In this document: positions 7,757 to 17,137 of the stretch, in pieces
Position numbering within the stretch: position 1 is the stretch's first letter
Layout of the letters: each line of letters opens with the position of its first letter
DNA from: a virus
Lineage: Duplodnaviria; Caudoviricetes
IMG/VR virus record: IMGVR_UViG_3300012983_000046
Span: 6,406 to 70,405 of that record
DNA: 64,000 nt
Strand: one strand, 5' to 3'
The notes under the pieces: model-generated
Told to the model about the DNA's origin: nothing
Database searches by the model: none
Seen by the model: only the letters and a program-made list of their open reading frames with translations
Position numbers and translations under genes: made by a program

Positions 7757-9805
7757 TTGATGATGTCAAACGAAATAAATCTAGATATCTTAAATAGTCT
7801 ATCTCCAGAAGAACGTGCATTAGCTTTAGAAATTTTAAAAGAATATTCACAAGAAGGTAAATCCGATATTCTAAATGACTTAAAATATTCAGATTTTGAA
7901 GAGATACCTGTAGATATTATGACTTTTATTACAGAAGAGCGCTATTTAGGACGTGGTTTGTGGATAGTAGATGAATTCACTGGTGAACGTAAATGTACTG
8001 TTTTTCCATACTGGATTGAAAAACTTAAAGAAATTTTTCCTGATAATTTAACAACTAGATATAATACTATTATTTTAACGGGGTCTATTGGTTTAGGTAA
8101 ATCTTTTATTGCAGTGGTATGTCAACTTTATTTGCTGTATCGAATGTTATGTTTAAAAGACCCATATACTTACTATGGCCTCCAGCCTATTGATAAAATA
8201 ACTTTTTCAATGCTAAATGTCACTTTAGAAGCAGCTCAAGGTGTTGGCTGGGATAAAATGCAACAGCTACTACAAAGTTCTGACTGGTTTATGGAGCAAG
8301 GATCTATGAATGCTAGTAGAACAAATCCACAGTGGATACCTCCAAAAGGTATTGAACTAATTTTTGGTTCAAGTAATAGACATGTTGTAGGTCGTGCGCT
8401 ATTTTCAAACTTTTCTGATGAAGTTAACTTTGGCGTCGGTAATAATGTTGAAAAACAAAAAGCCAAATTAAAAAAGATGATTTCTCAAATTGATGCCCGT
8501 ATGATTTCTCGTTTTGGTAAAGGTACATATTTACCGACAATGAATATTATTGCATCATCCAAAGATTCCGAACAAGCTTTTATGGAATCTTATATTGAGA
8601 TGAAACGCCAAAATGAGAGTAAGACAACATTAATTGTAGATGAACCTCAATGGGTTGTTAGAAATGATAAAGGGTCACCAGATGACCCAGGCAGTTTTTA
8701 TGTAGCAGTAGGTAATAAATTTTTAGCTCATGAATTACTACCTGTAGGTGCTTCAGAAACAGAAATTCAAGCATACCGAGAAAAAGGCTACTTTATGCTC
8801 AAAGTGCCCCCAATCTATCGTGAAGCTTTTGAAGACAATATTGACCTAGCATTAACAGATAATGCAGGTATTTCAACATCAAGCACCACTAAATATATTT
8901 CAGGTGTTAGACTTAATCAGATTAAAACGGATACTTATAGAAATCCATTTACAAAAGATATTATTGAAGTTGGTAATAGTCCTGAAGACTTTTTACAATA
9001 TGCTAACTTTTTTGATATGTCTAGAATAAATCCTAGAGACCTGACACGACCTTTATTTATTCATTTAGATATGTCTTTGACAGGAGACAAAACAGGTATT
9101 GCAGGAGTTTGGATTACTGGTAAGCGCCCCTCGGTTGTAGGAGAAGAGCCAAGTAAGGAACTAGAATTTAAATTAGCTTTTTCTGTTTCAGTAAAAGCCC
9201 CAAAAGGATTTCAAGTTAGTTTTGAAAAAAATAGAAACTTTATTCGATGGCTACGAGATAGAGGATTTGCTATTAAAGGCATTTCTTCCGATACTTATCA
9301 AAGTGCTCAAATACAGCAACAATTAAAAGGTGACGGATTTAAAACTAAAATTTTATCTGTCGACCGTGTAGATAATTCTACACGTAGTTGTTTACCTTAT
9401 GCCTTTTTTAAATCAGCAATTTATGAACGTCATATTCAAATGTATAAAGATTGCAATTTGTTGACAGAAGAAATTGTAAGCTTAGAGAGACGCTCTGATG
9501 GTCATATAGACCACCCACAGAACTTTTCTAAAGACCAATCTGATGCTGTTTGTGGAGCATTGTTTTTGGCTAGTGAATTTGCTGAAGAGTACTCTTATGA
9601 TTATGGCGAAAATCTAGATGCGTCATTGACTGTGAATATTGCAGAGAGTGATGAATTTAGAAAGCATCAGATGATTGCAGCTTTCCAAGAGGAACTTACA
9701 AATATTTATAATGAATTTACAGATGTAAATTCATTTTTAGATAACCAACGAAAAGAAGAATATCAAAGATACCAAGATATAATGGATGGTATAATTATTA
9801 TATAA
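7757..9805 (+). CDS. terL: Terminase large subunit
   Basis: Walker A LTGSIGLGKS, Walker B FSDEVN, RNase-H-like nuclease IHLDMSLTGDKTG and KDQSDA; precedes portal. Confidence 0.92.
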   Translation: MMMSNEINLDILNSLSPEERALALEILKEYSQEGKSDILNDLKYSDFEEIPVDIMTFITEERYLGRGLWIVDEFTGERKCTVFPYWIEKLKEIFPDNLTTRYNTIILTGSIGLGKSFIAVVCQLYLLYRMLCLKDPYTYYGLQPIDKITFSMLNVTLEAAQGVGWDKMQQLLQSSDWFMEQGSMNASRTNPQWIPPKGIELIFGSSNRHVVGRALFSNFSDEVNFGVGNNVEKQKAKLKKMISQIDARMISRFGKGTYLPTMNIIASSKDSEQAFMESYIEMKRQNESKTTLIVDEPQWVVRNDKGSPDDPGSFYVAVGNKFLAHELLPVGASETEIQAYREKGYFMLKVPPIYREAFEDNIDLALTDNAGISTSSTTKYISGVRLNQIKTDTYRNPFTKDIIEVGNSPEDFLQYANFFDMSRINPRDLTRPLFIHLDMSLTGDKTGIAGVWITGKRPSVVGEEPSKELEFKLAFSVSVKAPKGFQVSFEKNRNFIRWLRDRGFAIKGISSDTYQSAQIQQQLKGDGFKTKILSVDRVDNSTRSCLPYAFFKSAIYERHIQMYKDCNLLTEEIVSLERRSDGHIDHPQNFSKDQSDAVCGALFLASEFAEEYSYDYGENLDASLTVNIAESDEFRKHQMIAAFQEELTNIYNEFTDVNSFLDNQRKEEYQRYQDIMDGIIII

Positions 9806-9815
9806 GGAGACTATT

Positions 9816-11774
9816 ATGGCAAAAGAAAAAAAAGAGCCTAAAAATAAACAAACTACCAATCCACTTGTAGGTCGTCAAGCTCAACCTACAACTTTAGATA
9901 GTACAACTACGCTAGATATTGATACTAAAAAAACTTTACCTGATAATATAATTGAAGCAGGATTAAGCCAAAAGCTAGACATAGCAGCTATTGAAAATTT
10001 TACATCAATCTCAAACTCCAGAGATCAAATTTATCAGTTAGTTGATACTATGGCACAAGACTCTTCTGTAGCCTCTATTTTACGTACTTATGCTGAAGAC
10101 GTCTGTGACGTAGCTGATAATGGCCATGTTATTTGGTGCGAAGCGACTGACCCTAACATTAGTAAGTTTATAAATTATCTCTTAAATGTAATGAATGCTG
10201 ATAAAAATATTTATAGCTGGGCGTATGCACTATTAAAATATGGTGATGTTTATTTACGACTATTCAGAGAATCTGATTATAAAGATGAGCTATTTAAAGT
10301 TGAAAATATTGATAAAGCTTATTCAGCTAGAAATGTATTAAATGAAGACTTGCGTGAAAAAATTGAAACTACCCATGAAATTAAAGAAGCTGTAAATTTA
10401 AATATACATACAGGAAATGACCCTTATAGTTATTACATAGAAATGGTTGATGACCCAGCCACAATGTTTGAATTAACTAAGTTTGGTAAAACTTATGGGT
10501 ATATTCAAGTACCTAATAAATCATCTAATTTAGATAACTTAGGTACTTTTGATAGTCTTACCAATAATCTTTTTAATTTTAGATTAAAGTCAGCAGACGT
10601 TGATATATATCAAGCAGATGATTTTGTACATGCTTGTCTTGATGATAATTTTACAAGATTCCCTGAAACGGTAGAACTTTTTATTCACGATGATGATACT
10701 AAATGTCAAGCCTATAGCGTTCGTCGTGGAAAATCACTTTTATATGATTCATATAAAATTTGGCGTGAAAAAGCACTACTTGAAAACTCAGCATTATTAA
10801 ATCGTATTACACGCTCTAGCGTTGTTCGTAAAGTTGGTGTAGAAGTTGGCGATATGCCAAAAGAGCAAGTACAACAAACTTTACGCAGAGTTAAAGATAT
10901 GATGGAACAAAAAAGTTCTATTGATGTTGGAAATTCTATGACTGAATATAATAATCCTGGTCCTATTGAAAATAATATTTATTTTGCTACTCATGGTGGT
11001 CAAGGTCAAATTACAGTTGAGGCTGTTGGTGGAGATATTGAAGTTAAAAACCTAGCTGACCTTGATTGGTGGAATAATAAGTTCTATTCATCTTATGGTA
11101 TACCAAAACAGTACTTTGGTTGGACAGATGATGGTGCTGGTTTTAATGGAGGCACCTCATTAACTATTTTATCAAGTGTTTATGCTAAAGGTGTTAAACG
11201 TGTTCAAAATGCACTTATTCAGGCACTAACAGATGCTATTAACCTTTTCTTGATTAATAAAGGTTTAAAAAGCTTTTTAAATAACTTTACACTAAAAATG
11301 AAAGCTCCTCTAACTCAAGAAGAAATAGACTATCGAGCAGACCTCTCAAATAAAATTAATGCTATTAGCAGCTTACAGAGCTTATTTACAGATATTGAGG
11401 ATAAACCAAGACGTTTAAGAATTTTAAAAACATTGCTTGCTTCTCTAGATTATGGTGACGAAATCTATACTGAGATAGATGCAGAAATTGCTGCTATAGA
11501 AGAAGCGGCTGAAGATAATGAAGAGACTGGTGAAGGAGCTGAAGGTGAAATTGGAGATATGCCCCCTGAAGAGCCTGAAGGTGAGGCGGACTCTGGAGAA
11601 GACATAGACCTAGGTTCTTTAGAGACCCTTGAAAATTGGAAGCCTGCAGAAGGTACTATACCTTTAACAGAAGAACAGATACTAGAAGATGATGAAATGT
11701 TTGTTCTCTTAGAAGATGACCTTCCTTCCCCAACTGAACTCGAATCAGAAAAAGATTTTTCAGAAAATAATTAA
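9816..11774 (+). CDS. Portal protein (T4 gp20-like)
   Basis: Follows terL; ALLKYGDVY, ENSALLNRITRS, DLDWWNNKFYSSYGIP, EIDYR motifs; acidic C-terminus. Confidence 0.88.
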   Translation: MAKEKKEPKNKQTTNPLVGRQAQPTTLDSTTTLDIDTKKTLPDNIIEAGLSQKLDIAAIENFTSISNSRDQIYQLVDTMAQDSSVASILRTYAEDVCDVADNGHVIWCEATDPNISKFINYLLNVMNADKNIYSWAYALLKYGDVYLRLFRESDYKDELFKVENIDKAYSARNVLNEDLREKIETTHEIKEAVNLNIHTGNDPYSYYIEMVDDPATMFELTKFGKTYGYIQVPNKSSNLDNLGTFDSLTNNLFNFRLKSADVDIYQADDFVHACLDDNFTRFPETVELFIHDDDTKCQAYSVRRGKSLLYDSYKIWREKALLENSALLNRITRSSVVRKVGVEVGDMPKEQVQQTLRRVKDMMEQKSSIDVGNSMTEYNNPGPIENNIYFATHGGQGQITVEAVGGDIEVKNLADLDWWNNKFYSSYGIPKQYFGWTDDGAGFNGGTSLTILSSVYAKGVKRVQNALIQALTDAINLFLINKGLKSFLNNFTLKMKAPLTQEEIDYRADLSNKINAISSLQSLFTDIEDKPRRLRILKTLLASLDYGDEIYTEIDAEIAAIEEAAEDNEETGEGAEGEIGDMPPEEPEGEADSGEDIDLGSLETLENWKPAEGTIPLTEEQILEDDEMFVLLEDDLPSPTELESEKDFSENN

Positions 11775-11794
11775 TAGAAAGGCACAAATTAAAT

Positions 11795-12271
11795 ATGATT
11801 ACCAAAAATGATTGTTTATCAATTCTAGTATCTTTAGAAGATAGAGGAATTAGTATTAATGACCAAATGAAAAAACTTCTTACAGCTAAAGAAATACCTT
11901 TAGAAGTTTTAAAATTTATAGCTGACCATCGTGGTATAGAAGTTGCTAATTTTTATGAAATGCTTCGAAAAAAGCATAATGAGAAAAAATCTCCTTTATA
12001 TAAAAATATAGTAAAAGAAATTGAAGACCCTGAGGAAGTAATAACTACATTAGCTTGTTTACTAGTTCAGATAACTTTATATAGTAATAAACTAACTAGC
12101 AATAAGGAATTATTTCAACGTGAGATACGGGCAGAAGAAATTACACGTGTCTTAAATAATTATTATAATACCGGCCTGCTTGAGCCTTGTCTCACATTAA
12201 TTAGATTACTTAAATCTGATGTACTTGTATTAGAGTATATTAGCGGACGACGCGAAATTATTAACAACTAA
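11795..12271 (+). CDS. Hypothetical protein (head module)
   Basis: 158-aa ORF with RBS gaaagg, followed by terminator. Confidence 0.75.
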   Translation: MITKNDCLSILVSLEDRGISINDQMKKLLTAKEIPLEVLKFIADHRGIEVANFYEMLRKKHNEKKSPLYKNIVKEIEDPEEVITTLACLLVQITLYSNKLTSNKELFQREIRAEEITRVLNNYYNTGLLEPCLTLIRLLKSDVLVLEYISGRREIINN

Positions 12272-12273
12272 CA

Positions 12274-12321
12274 GAAATAAAATAAAACTACCACTATTAA
12301 GTGGTAGTTTTATTTTATTTC
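12274..12321 (+). terminator. Terminator, 22-bp stem with 4-nt loop
   Basis: gaaataaaataaaactaccact-atta-agtggtagttttattttatttc. Confidence 0.85.
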
Positions 12322-12331
12322 AAAAAATATT

Positions 12332-12341
12332 CGCTAAATTA
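12332..12341 (+). promoter_or_regulatory. Putative late promoter CGCTAAATTA (copy 3, variant)
   Basis: One mismatch to consensus; same terminator-promoter context. Confidence 0.6.
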
Positions 12342-12409
12342 ATTGATTAGATGTTAGAATCTAATAAGTAAATAATTATTAAAATAAGATTCTATAAGGA
12401 GACTTAAAC

Positions 12410-12832
12410 ATGGATTTAAAGAATGGTTACAAGGTAATTTATGAAATCATAGAAAATCGTGAAGATGCTGGAAAAACCAGAGTTTTTAAAGCATCAAAAA
12501 CTGGTAAACTTATTGATGCTGAAACCATAGCTGAAGCTAAAATCGGTGAATATAAACTTATTTATGAAAAAGACGGTAGCTTCTATGGTAGTGTTACTGG
12601 TATTCCTTCTGAGGAAGACTATTGCTTTACAGAATTTGATACAATCTTCAAAGAGGAAGCTGTTGAAGAAGTAGAACCCGATAGTATAGACACTGAAGGT
12701 GAAGTAGACAATACTCAAACTCCTGAAGACACTGAGACAGGTTCCGATGAGGAAGAAACTAATTCCAATTCAGAACTTGAAGATGAGTCAGAAACAGGAA
12801 CCGACCCTGAGAGCGATCCTGAAGCAGAGTAA
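12410..12832 (+). CDS. Hypothetical acidic protein (possible prohead core component)
   Basis: Own motif promoter, RBS aaggag, highly acidic C-terminal half, between portal and protease. Confidence 0.7.
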   Translation: MDLKNGYKVIYEIIENREDAGKTRVFKASKTGKLIDAETIAEAKIGEYKLIYEKDGSFYGSVTGIPSEEDYCFTEFDTIFKEEAVEEVEPDSIDTEGEVDNTQTPEDTETGSDEEETNSNSELEDESETGTDPESDPEAE

Positions 12833-12882
12833 AATTAAACCATTAATAAATTAATAATTTAATGATTTTTAATAATGTTATC

Positions 12883-12892
12883 TGCTAAATTA
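12883..12892 (+). promoter_or_regulatory. Putative late promoter TGCTAAATTA (copy 4)
   Basis: Intergenic, upstream of protease-capsid pair. Confidence 0.7.
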
Positions 12893-12929
12893 TTTAGAAT
12901 TATTAATTACGATAGTAAAGAGGACGATT

Positions 12930-14825
12930 ATGGATATAAAAAATAAGAGAATTCTTGAAGCATTACAAATGCAGCCACTATCGGAAGAAGAAAAAGCATC
13001 AAGACATATATTAGGTAGACTCTATGGACCTATTGCCACTTGTACAGAAAGTACTCGAAACGGTAGATTATATAATAGGCCTTTGTGGGAAAAAGCTTTA
13101 GTAGATGAAATTTTTCTAGAAAAAGTTGCTACAAAAGCACTTTTTCTAGAACTAGGACACCCAGCTGATAGAGAAGAAACTGATATGAAACAGGCTTGTG
13201 CTTGTATTCCAGAAGTGCCTAAAATTGTCGATAATGATTTATATGCTTATGTAGATATTCTAGATACTCCTAACGGTAGACTTCTTAAGACTCTTGTTGA
13301 TTATGGATTTGTTCCTGGTATAAGTTCAAGAGGTTCCGGCGATGTTTTGGATAATGACCAGGTAGACCCTGAAACATTTTTCTTAGAAACTTGGGATATT
13401 GTTCAGCTTCCTGCTGTTAGAAAAGCTAGACTTAATATCTGCGAATCTTTAGACTCTGAGAGCCAGAGACTTAAAAAAGCTCTTGTTGAGTCTTATAAGG
13501 CTGCTAGAGAAGAGGATAAAGATACAATGAAACAAGCTTTAGAAAATTTAAATATTGATATTAAAGAAGAATTAGTTGAAGCTACTGAAACTAAAAAACT
13601 TCTAACAGCAGAAGACATTCCTTGGGATCCTGATGCTGAAGAAACTTTAGTAGAAGAAGCTTCTGAAGATACTGCAGAGGGCGTTGAAGAGGTTCCTTCT
13701 GAAAATGAAGAAGCTGAAGCTACTGAATCCAGTGAAGAAACCTCCGAAGAGGAACCCACTGAAGATACAGCAGAAGAGACTAATTTAGAAACTGTTGCAG
13801 ATGCAATAGAAATGTTACAAGATCATGATCCTGATACAAAAATAGAGTTTGAACCGGTTGTAATAGAGGGTGAGGAACATCCTATTGAACAATTAGATTC
13901 TTTTGTAGATGAGGAAACTGATACACTAGTAATCGGTGTTGACTGCGGCGAAGCTGAAGAAGAAGATTCTTCAGATAAGCCTGCAGATGATATAAATTTA
14001 GAATCAGAGGAAAAATCTGAGGACGAAGAAGTTGCTCCTGAGGAAAATTCAGATACTACTGAAACAGCCGAAGATAACGGAGAAGATGAAGTTATTGAAA
14101 GTCTCAAAGAAGCAATTCGTCAAAAAGAAGCTTTAGAAAAAGAAGTTAATGACTTACGTAAAACTAAGGCAGTTGGTGATACCAAGGTTGAAGAACTACA
14201 AGAAAGTCTAGAACATTATAAAAATGCTTTTGCAAAAGCTAGTGCAATTGCTTCTAAAGTAAATACATATAAAACTCAGATTCAAAGTTTAACTGAGCAA
14301 GTTGCTCAATCAGAAAACACAATTAAAGTATTAACAGAAAAAGTTAATAACAGTACACAACAGCTTAAAGAGAGTATAGATAGAAAATCAACCAAAGAAA
14401 GACAGCTTACTGAGCAAATTCACTCTTTGACCAAACAATCTGAGGCTCTTGAAGCTAAAATTCAGAAACAGGGCGTTATATATACTAAGAAGCTCCAAGA
14501 AAGAACAGAGATCGCTAAGAACTATAAAGCACGCTTTATTGAAACTCTTACCAGATATGTTGAATCAAAAGCTTCTATGTTAGGCGTTCAGCCTTCTGAA
14601 ATTACAAGCCGCCTCAATGAAAACTATTCTTTAGCCGATGTTGATGCTGTTTGTGAGCAAATTTTAGATTCTGCTGTTAGTTACAGTAGACTTCCTTTCA
14701 GTGGAATGAGTAAAGCTTCTGCTAGAATTTCTGAATCAGCTACTAATAAAAAAGTAAAAGCTACTCCAGAATATGGCTATGAAATTGATGACTCACTTCT
14801 AGAACTTGCTGGATTGAAGAAATAA
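12930..14825 (+). CDS. Prohead protease (T4 gp21-like) fused to scaffold-like acidic/coiled-coil region
   Basis: LELGHP and GISSRGSG catalytic motifs in first ~170 aa, then acidic tract and long coiled-coil. Confidence 0.85.
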   Translation: MDIKNKRILEALQMQPLSEEEKASRHILGRLYGPIATCTESTRNGRLYNRPLWEKALVDEIFLEKVATKALFLELGHPADREETDMKQACACIPEVPKIVDNDLYAYVDILDTPNGRLLKTLVDYGFVPGISSRGSGDVLDNDQVDPETFFLETWDIVQLPAVRKARLNICESLDSESQRLKKALVESYKAAREEDKDTMKQALENLNIDIKEELVEATETKKLLTAEDIPWDPDAEETLVEEASEDTAEGVEEVPSENEEAEATESSEETSEEEPTEDTAEETNLETVADAIEMLQDHDPDTKIEFEPVVIEGEEHPIEQLDSFVDEETDTLVIGVDCGEAEEEDSSDKPADDINLESEEKSEDEEVAPEENSDTTETAEDNGEDEVIESLKEAIRQKEALEKEVNDLRKTKAVGDTKVEELQESLEHYKNAFAKASAIASKVNTYKTQIQSLTEQVAQSENTIKVLTEKVNNSTQQLKESIDRKSTKERQLTEQIHSLTKQSEALEAKIQKQGVIYTKKLQERTEIAKNYKARFIETLTRYVESKASMLGVQPSEITSRLNENYSLADVDAVCEQILDSAVSYSRLPFSGMSKASARISESATNKKVKATPEYGYEIDDSLLELAGLKK

Positions 14826-14880
14826 ACAAAGTTCTAATAAACAAAAATAAATTCTTTAAAATTTAGAAAGAGGTTAAATT

Positions 14881-16254
14881 ATGAGACAAAATCTTTTAGA
14901 GACTTATTCTCGTCAGCTTAAAGTTGCTGAAGCTTATGTTGCTAAGAATTTTGAAGGCAAAACAATGTCAAGCAACACAGCTCTTACAACTGCTGTTCTT
15001 TTAGACAACACAAATCGTTGGATTACTGAATCACTTAATAGTGAAATTGGTGCTGCTAATCGTGGTGATATGGGCGCTTGGAAGAAATTCTGCCTTAACT
15101 TAACAAATATTGCAGTTCCTTCTCTTATCGCTAATGACCTTGTTATTGTTCATCCTATGACATCTTATAGCGGTTCAGTTGCATATCTTGAATATGTATC
15201 ACTTACAAATAAAGGCGACATCGTAGCTAAAGAAACTATGTTCAATAGTGTATTTGGTCATGGTGATATGACTGCTAGCCGTATAAACTTTACAGCTCCT
15301 ATTGCAGTTGAAACTGTTACTGCTGAAGAAGCTGAAGGTACATTTACTCCTGCGGCTACTGCTCTTGCTGGTGGTTTTACATATGTTGAAGAAAATACTG
15401 AAAAAACTGCTAAATATAGAATCACAAAGAAAGCAACTGGTGAAGTTGTTCATGCTGATGACCTTACTGATTTAGCTGCTGGTGATAAAGTTGCTTACAA
15501 AGTAGACGATGGTGAAGGTAATGACAGATTCCAGATGGATCATGTTCCTGCTAAGGAAATTCCTGCTATCGGTCCTAGAATGAAACACATTCCTCTTGTT
15601 GCTGAGCCTCGTAGAATCGCTGTTCGTTATGACCAGATCACTGCATTCCAGGCTAAAACAGACTATGGTTTCTCACTTGACAAACAGATTGCTGAACAGG
15701 CTTGTGGTGAGCTTGCTTATGAAATCGATACTGAAATTGTTGAAATGCTTAAAGACGGTGCTGCTAAAGGCACAACCGCTAAAGAACTTGAAGCACTTAC
15801 TTGGTCAAAAACTCTTCCTGCTGGTGTTTCTAAATTTGAGCACTATAATGGTTTCCTTGAAATCGTTGAAATGGCTAAAGCAATTATCTATGATAGAACA
15901 AAGAAATTCCATCCTAACTACATGGTAATCGCTTCTGACATTCTTCCTGTTCTTCGTTTTATCAACGGATTTACAGCTGTAAAGAATGCTAAGATGAATG
16001 GTCCTTACAAAGTTGGTGAACTTGACGGTCTTAATGTTTATGTATCACCTCTTATGGGTAAAGGTGAATTCTTCCTTGGTCTCAATGGTAACGATATGAT
16101 GTCTTCAGCTGGTGTATATGCACCTTATATGGCAATCGTTCCTACACAGCTTCTTGGTACTCCTGACGGTGGTCTTGCACAAGGCTTCAGCACTTGGTAT
16201 GCAAAAGCACTTCTTAACGAGAACCTTCTTATTGCTGGTAAGATTGTAGACTAA
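14881..16254 (+). CDS. Major capsid protein (T4 gp23-like)
   Basis: ELAYEIDTEIV, HPNYMVI, GVYAPY motifs; position after protease; distinct high-expression-type codon usage; terminator after. Confidence 0.92.
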   Translation: MRQNLLETYSRQLKVAEAYVAKNFEGKTMSSNTALTTAVLLDNTNRWITESLNSEIGAANRGDMGAWKKFCLNLTNIAVPSLIANDLVIVHPMTSYSGSVAYLEYVSLTNKGDIVAKETMFNSVFGHGDMTASRINFTAPIAVETVTAEEAEGTFTPAATALAGGFTYVEENTEKTAKYRITKKATGEVVHADDLTDLAAGDKVAYKVDDGEGNDRFQMDHVPAKEIPAIGPRMKHIPLVAEPRRIAVRYDQITAFQAKTDYGFSLDKQIAEQACGELAYEIDTEIVEMLKDGAAKGTTAKELEALTWSKTLPAGVSKFEHYNGFLEIVEMAKAIIYDRTKKFHPNYMVIASDILPVLRFINGFTAVKNAKMNGPYKVGELDGLNVYVSPLMGKGEFFLGLNGNDMMSSAGVYAPYMAIVPTQLLGTPDGGLAQGFSTWYAKALLNENLLIAGKIVD

Positions 16255-16270
16255 TTAAACTGAACTATAT

Positions 16271-16308
16271 AAATACAAGGCTTCTACTTAGAAGCCTTGT
16301 ATTTTTTT
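16271..16308 (+). terminator. Rho-independent terminator
   Basis: aaatacaaggcttct-actt-agaagccttgtattt plus T-tract. Confidence 0.85.
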
Positions 16309-16349
16309 AACTTAAAATTGTCTCTTTCTTTAAAAACCTTAATATTATT

Positions 16350-16359
16350 TGCTAAATTA
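16350..16359 (+). promoter_or_regulatory. Putative late promoter TGCTAAATTA (copy 5)
   Basis: Intergenic after terminator, upstream of neck gene. Confidence 0.7.
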
Positions 16360-16387
16360 ATTGATATGTTAGCAAGGAGTTAAAAAT

Positions 16388-17110
16388 ATGAAAATAGAAG
16401 ATATTTTAGATGAGATTAAACTCGAACTCACTGGCTATCTCTTAGACATGGAAATAGATGATGAAACACTTGTATCAGTAGTTAAAAAAAGTTTACGAGA
16501 ACTTGAACGTTTTTGGGATGAAACTACTATGATAACAGTTCCATTTGCTTCTTGCATTGAGTTAGAAGGAGATTTTTTCAAAGAGAATGTCAGCTCTATT
16601 GTAAAAGTCTATCGAACTGCGGGAGTGGGTGATTCTTCTTCTAGTCTATCGGTTACAAATGACCCTCTTCAAATGGCTCAATTTGCAATATTCAGTAACG
16701 GGGGCACAATGTATAACCTGAATGACTATGTAATGAATTATGCCTCTTGGATGACCACTTATCAGATAAAAAATACTATGTCAACAGACTTAGCCTTTAA
16801 AGAAGATAGACATAATAAGAAATTATATATTAGTTGTGCTAATGGGTCACCTGGTATGATTACTATTGAATACATTCCAAAGCTAAAAAGTGTAGAAGAT
16901 ATTCAAAGTGATTATTGGATTGACATTTTAATTAAATATTGTATTGCCCTAACCAAAGTAATTTTAGGTAGAATTAGAACTCGCTTTACACAGTCAAACG
17001 CTCTTTGGACACAAGACGGTGAAAAATTACTAGAAGAAGGTAATACAGAATTAAAAGAACTACGTGAAATATTACGTCTAAATTCAAATATGGTATATTT
17101 AATTGATTAA
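16388..17110 (+). CDS. Neck/head-tail adaptor (T4 gp13-like)
   Basis: After capsid gene; C-terminal GRIRTRF...DGEKLLEEGNTELKELRE pattern. Confidence 0.6.
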   Translation: MKIEDILDEIKLELTGYLLDMEIDDETLVSVVKKSLRELERFWDETTMITVPFASCIELEGDFFKENVSSIVKVYRTAGVGDSSSSLSVTNDPLQMAQFAIFSNGGTMYNLNDYVMNYASWMTTYQIKNTMSTDLAFKEDRHNKKLYISCANGSPGMITIEYIPKLKSVEDIQSDYWIDILIKYCIALTKVILGRIRTRFTQSNALWTQDGEKLLEEGNTELKELREILRLNSNMVYLID

Positions 17111-17137
17111 TAAAATTAGATAAGGAGACAATCTTAA

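Noticed and set aside
7757-16254. Inteins or self-splicing introns in terL, portal or capsid genes
   Set aside because: Motifs are contiguous, sizes ordinary, and no LAGLIDADG/HNH or intein terminal signatures were seen.
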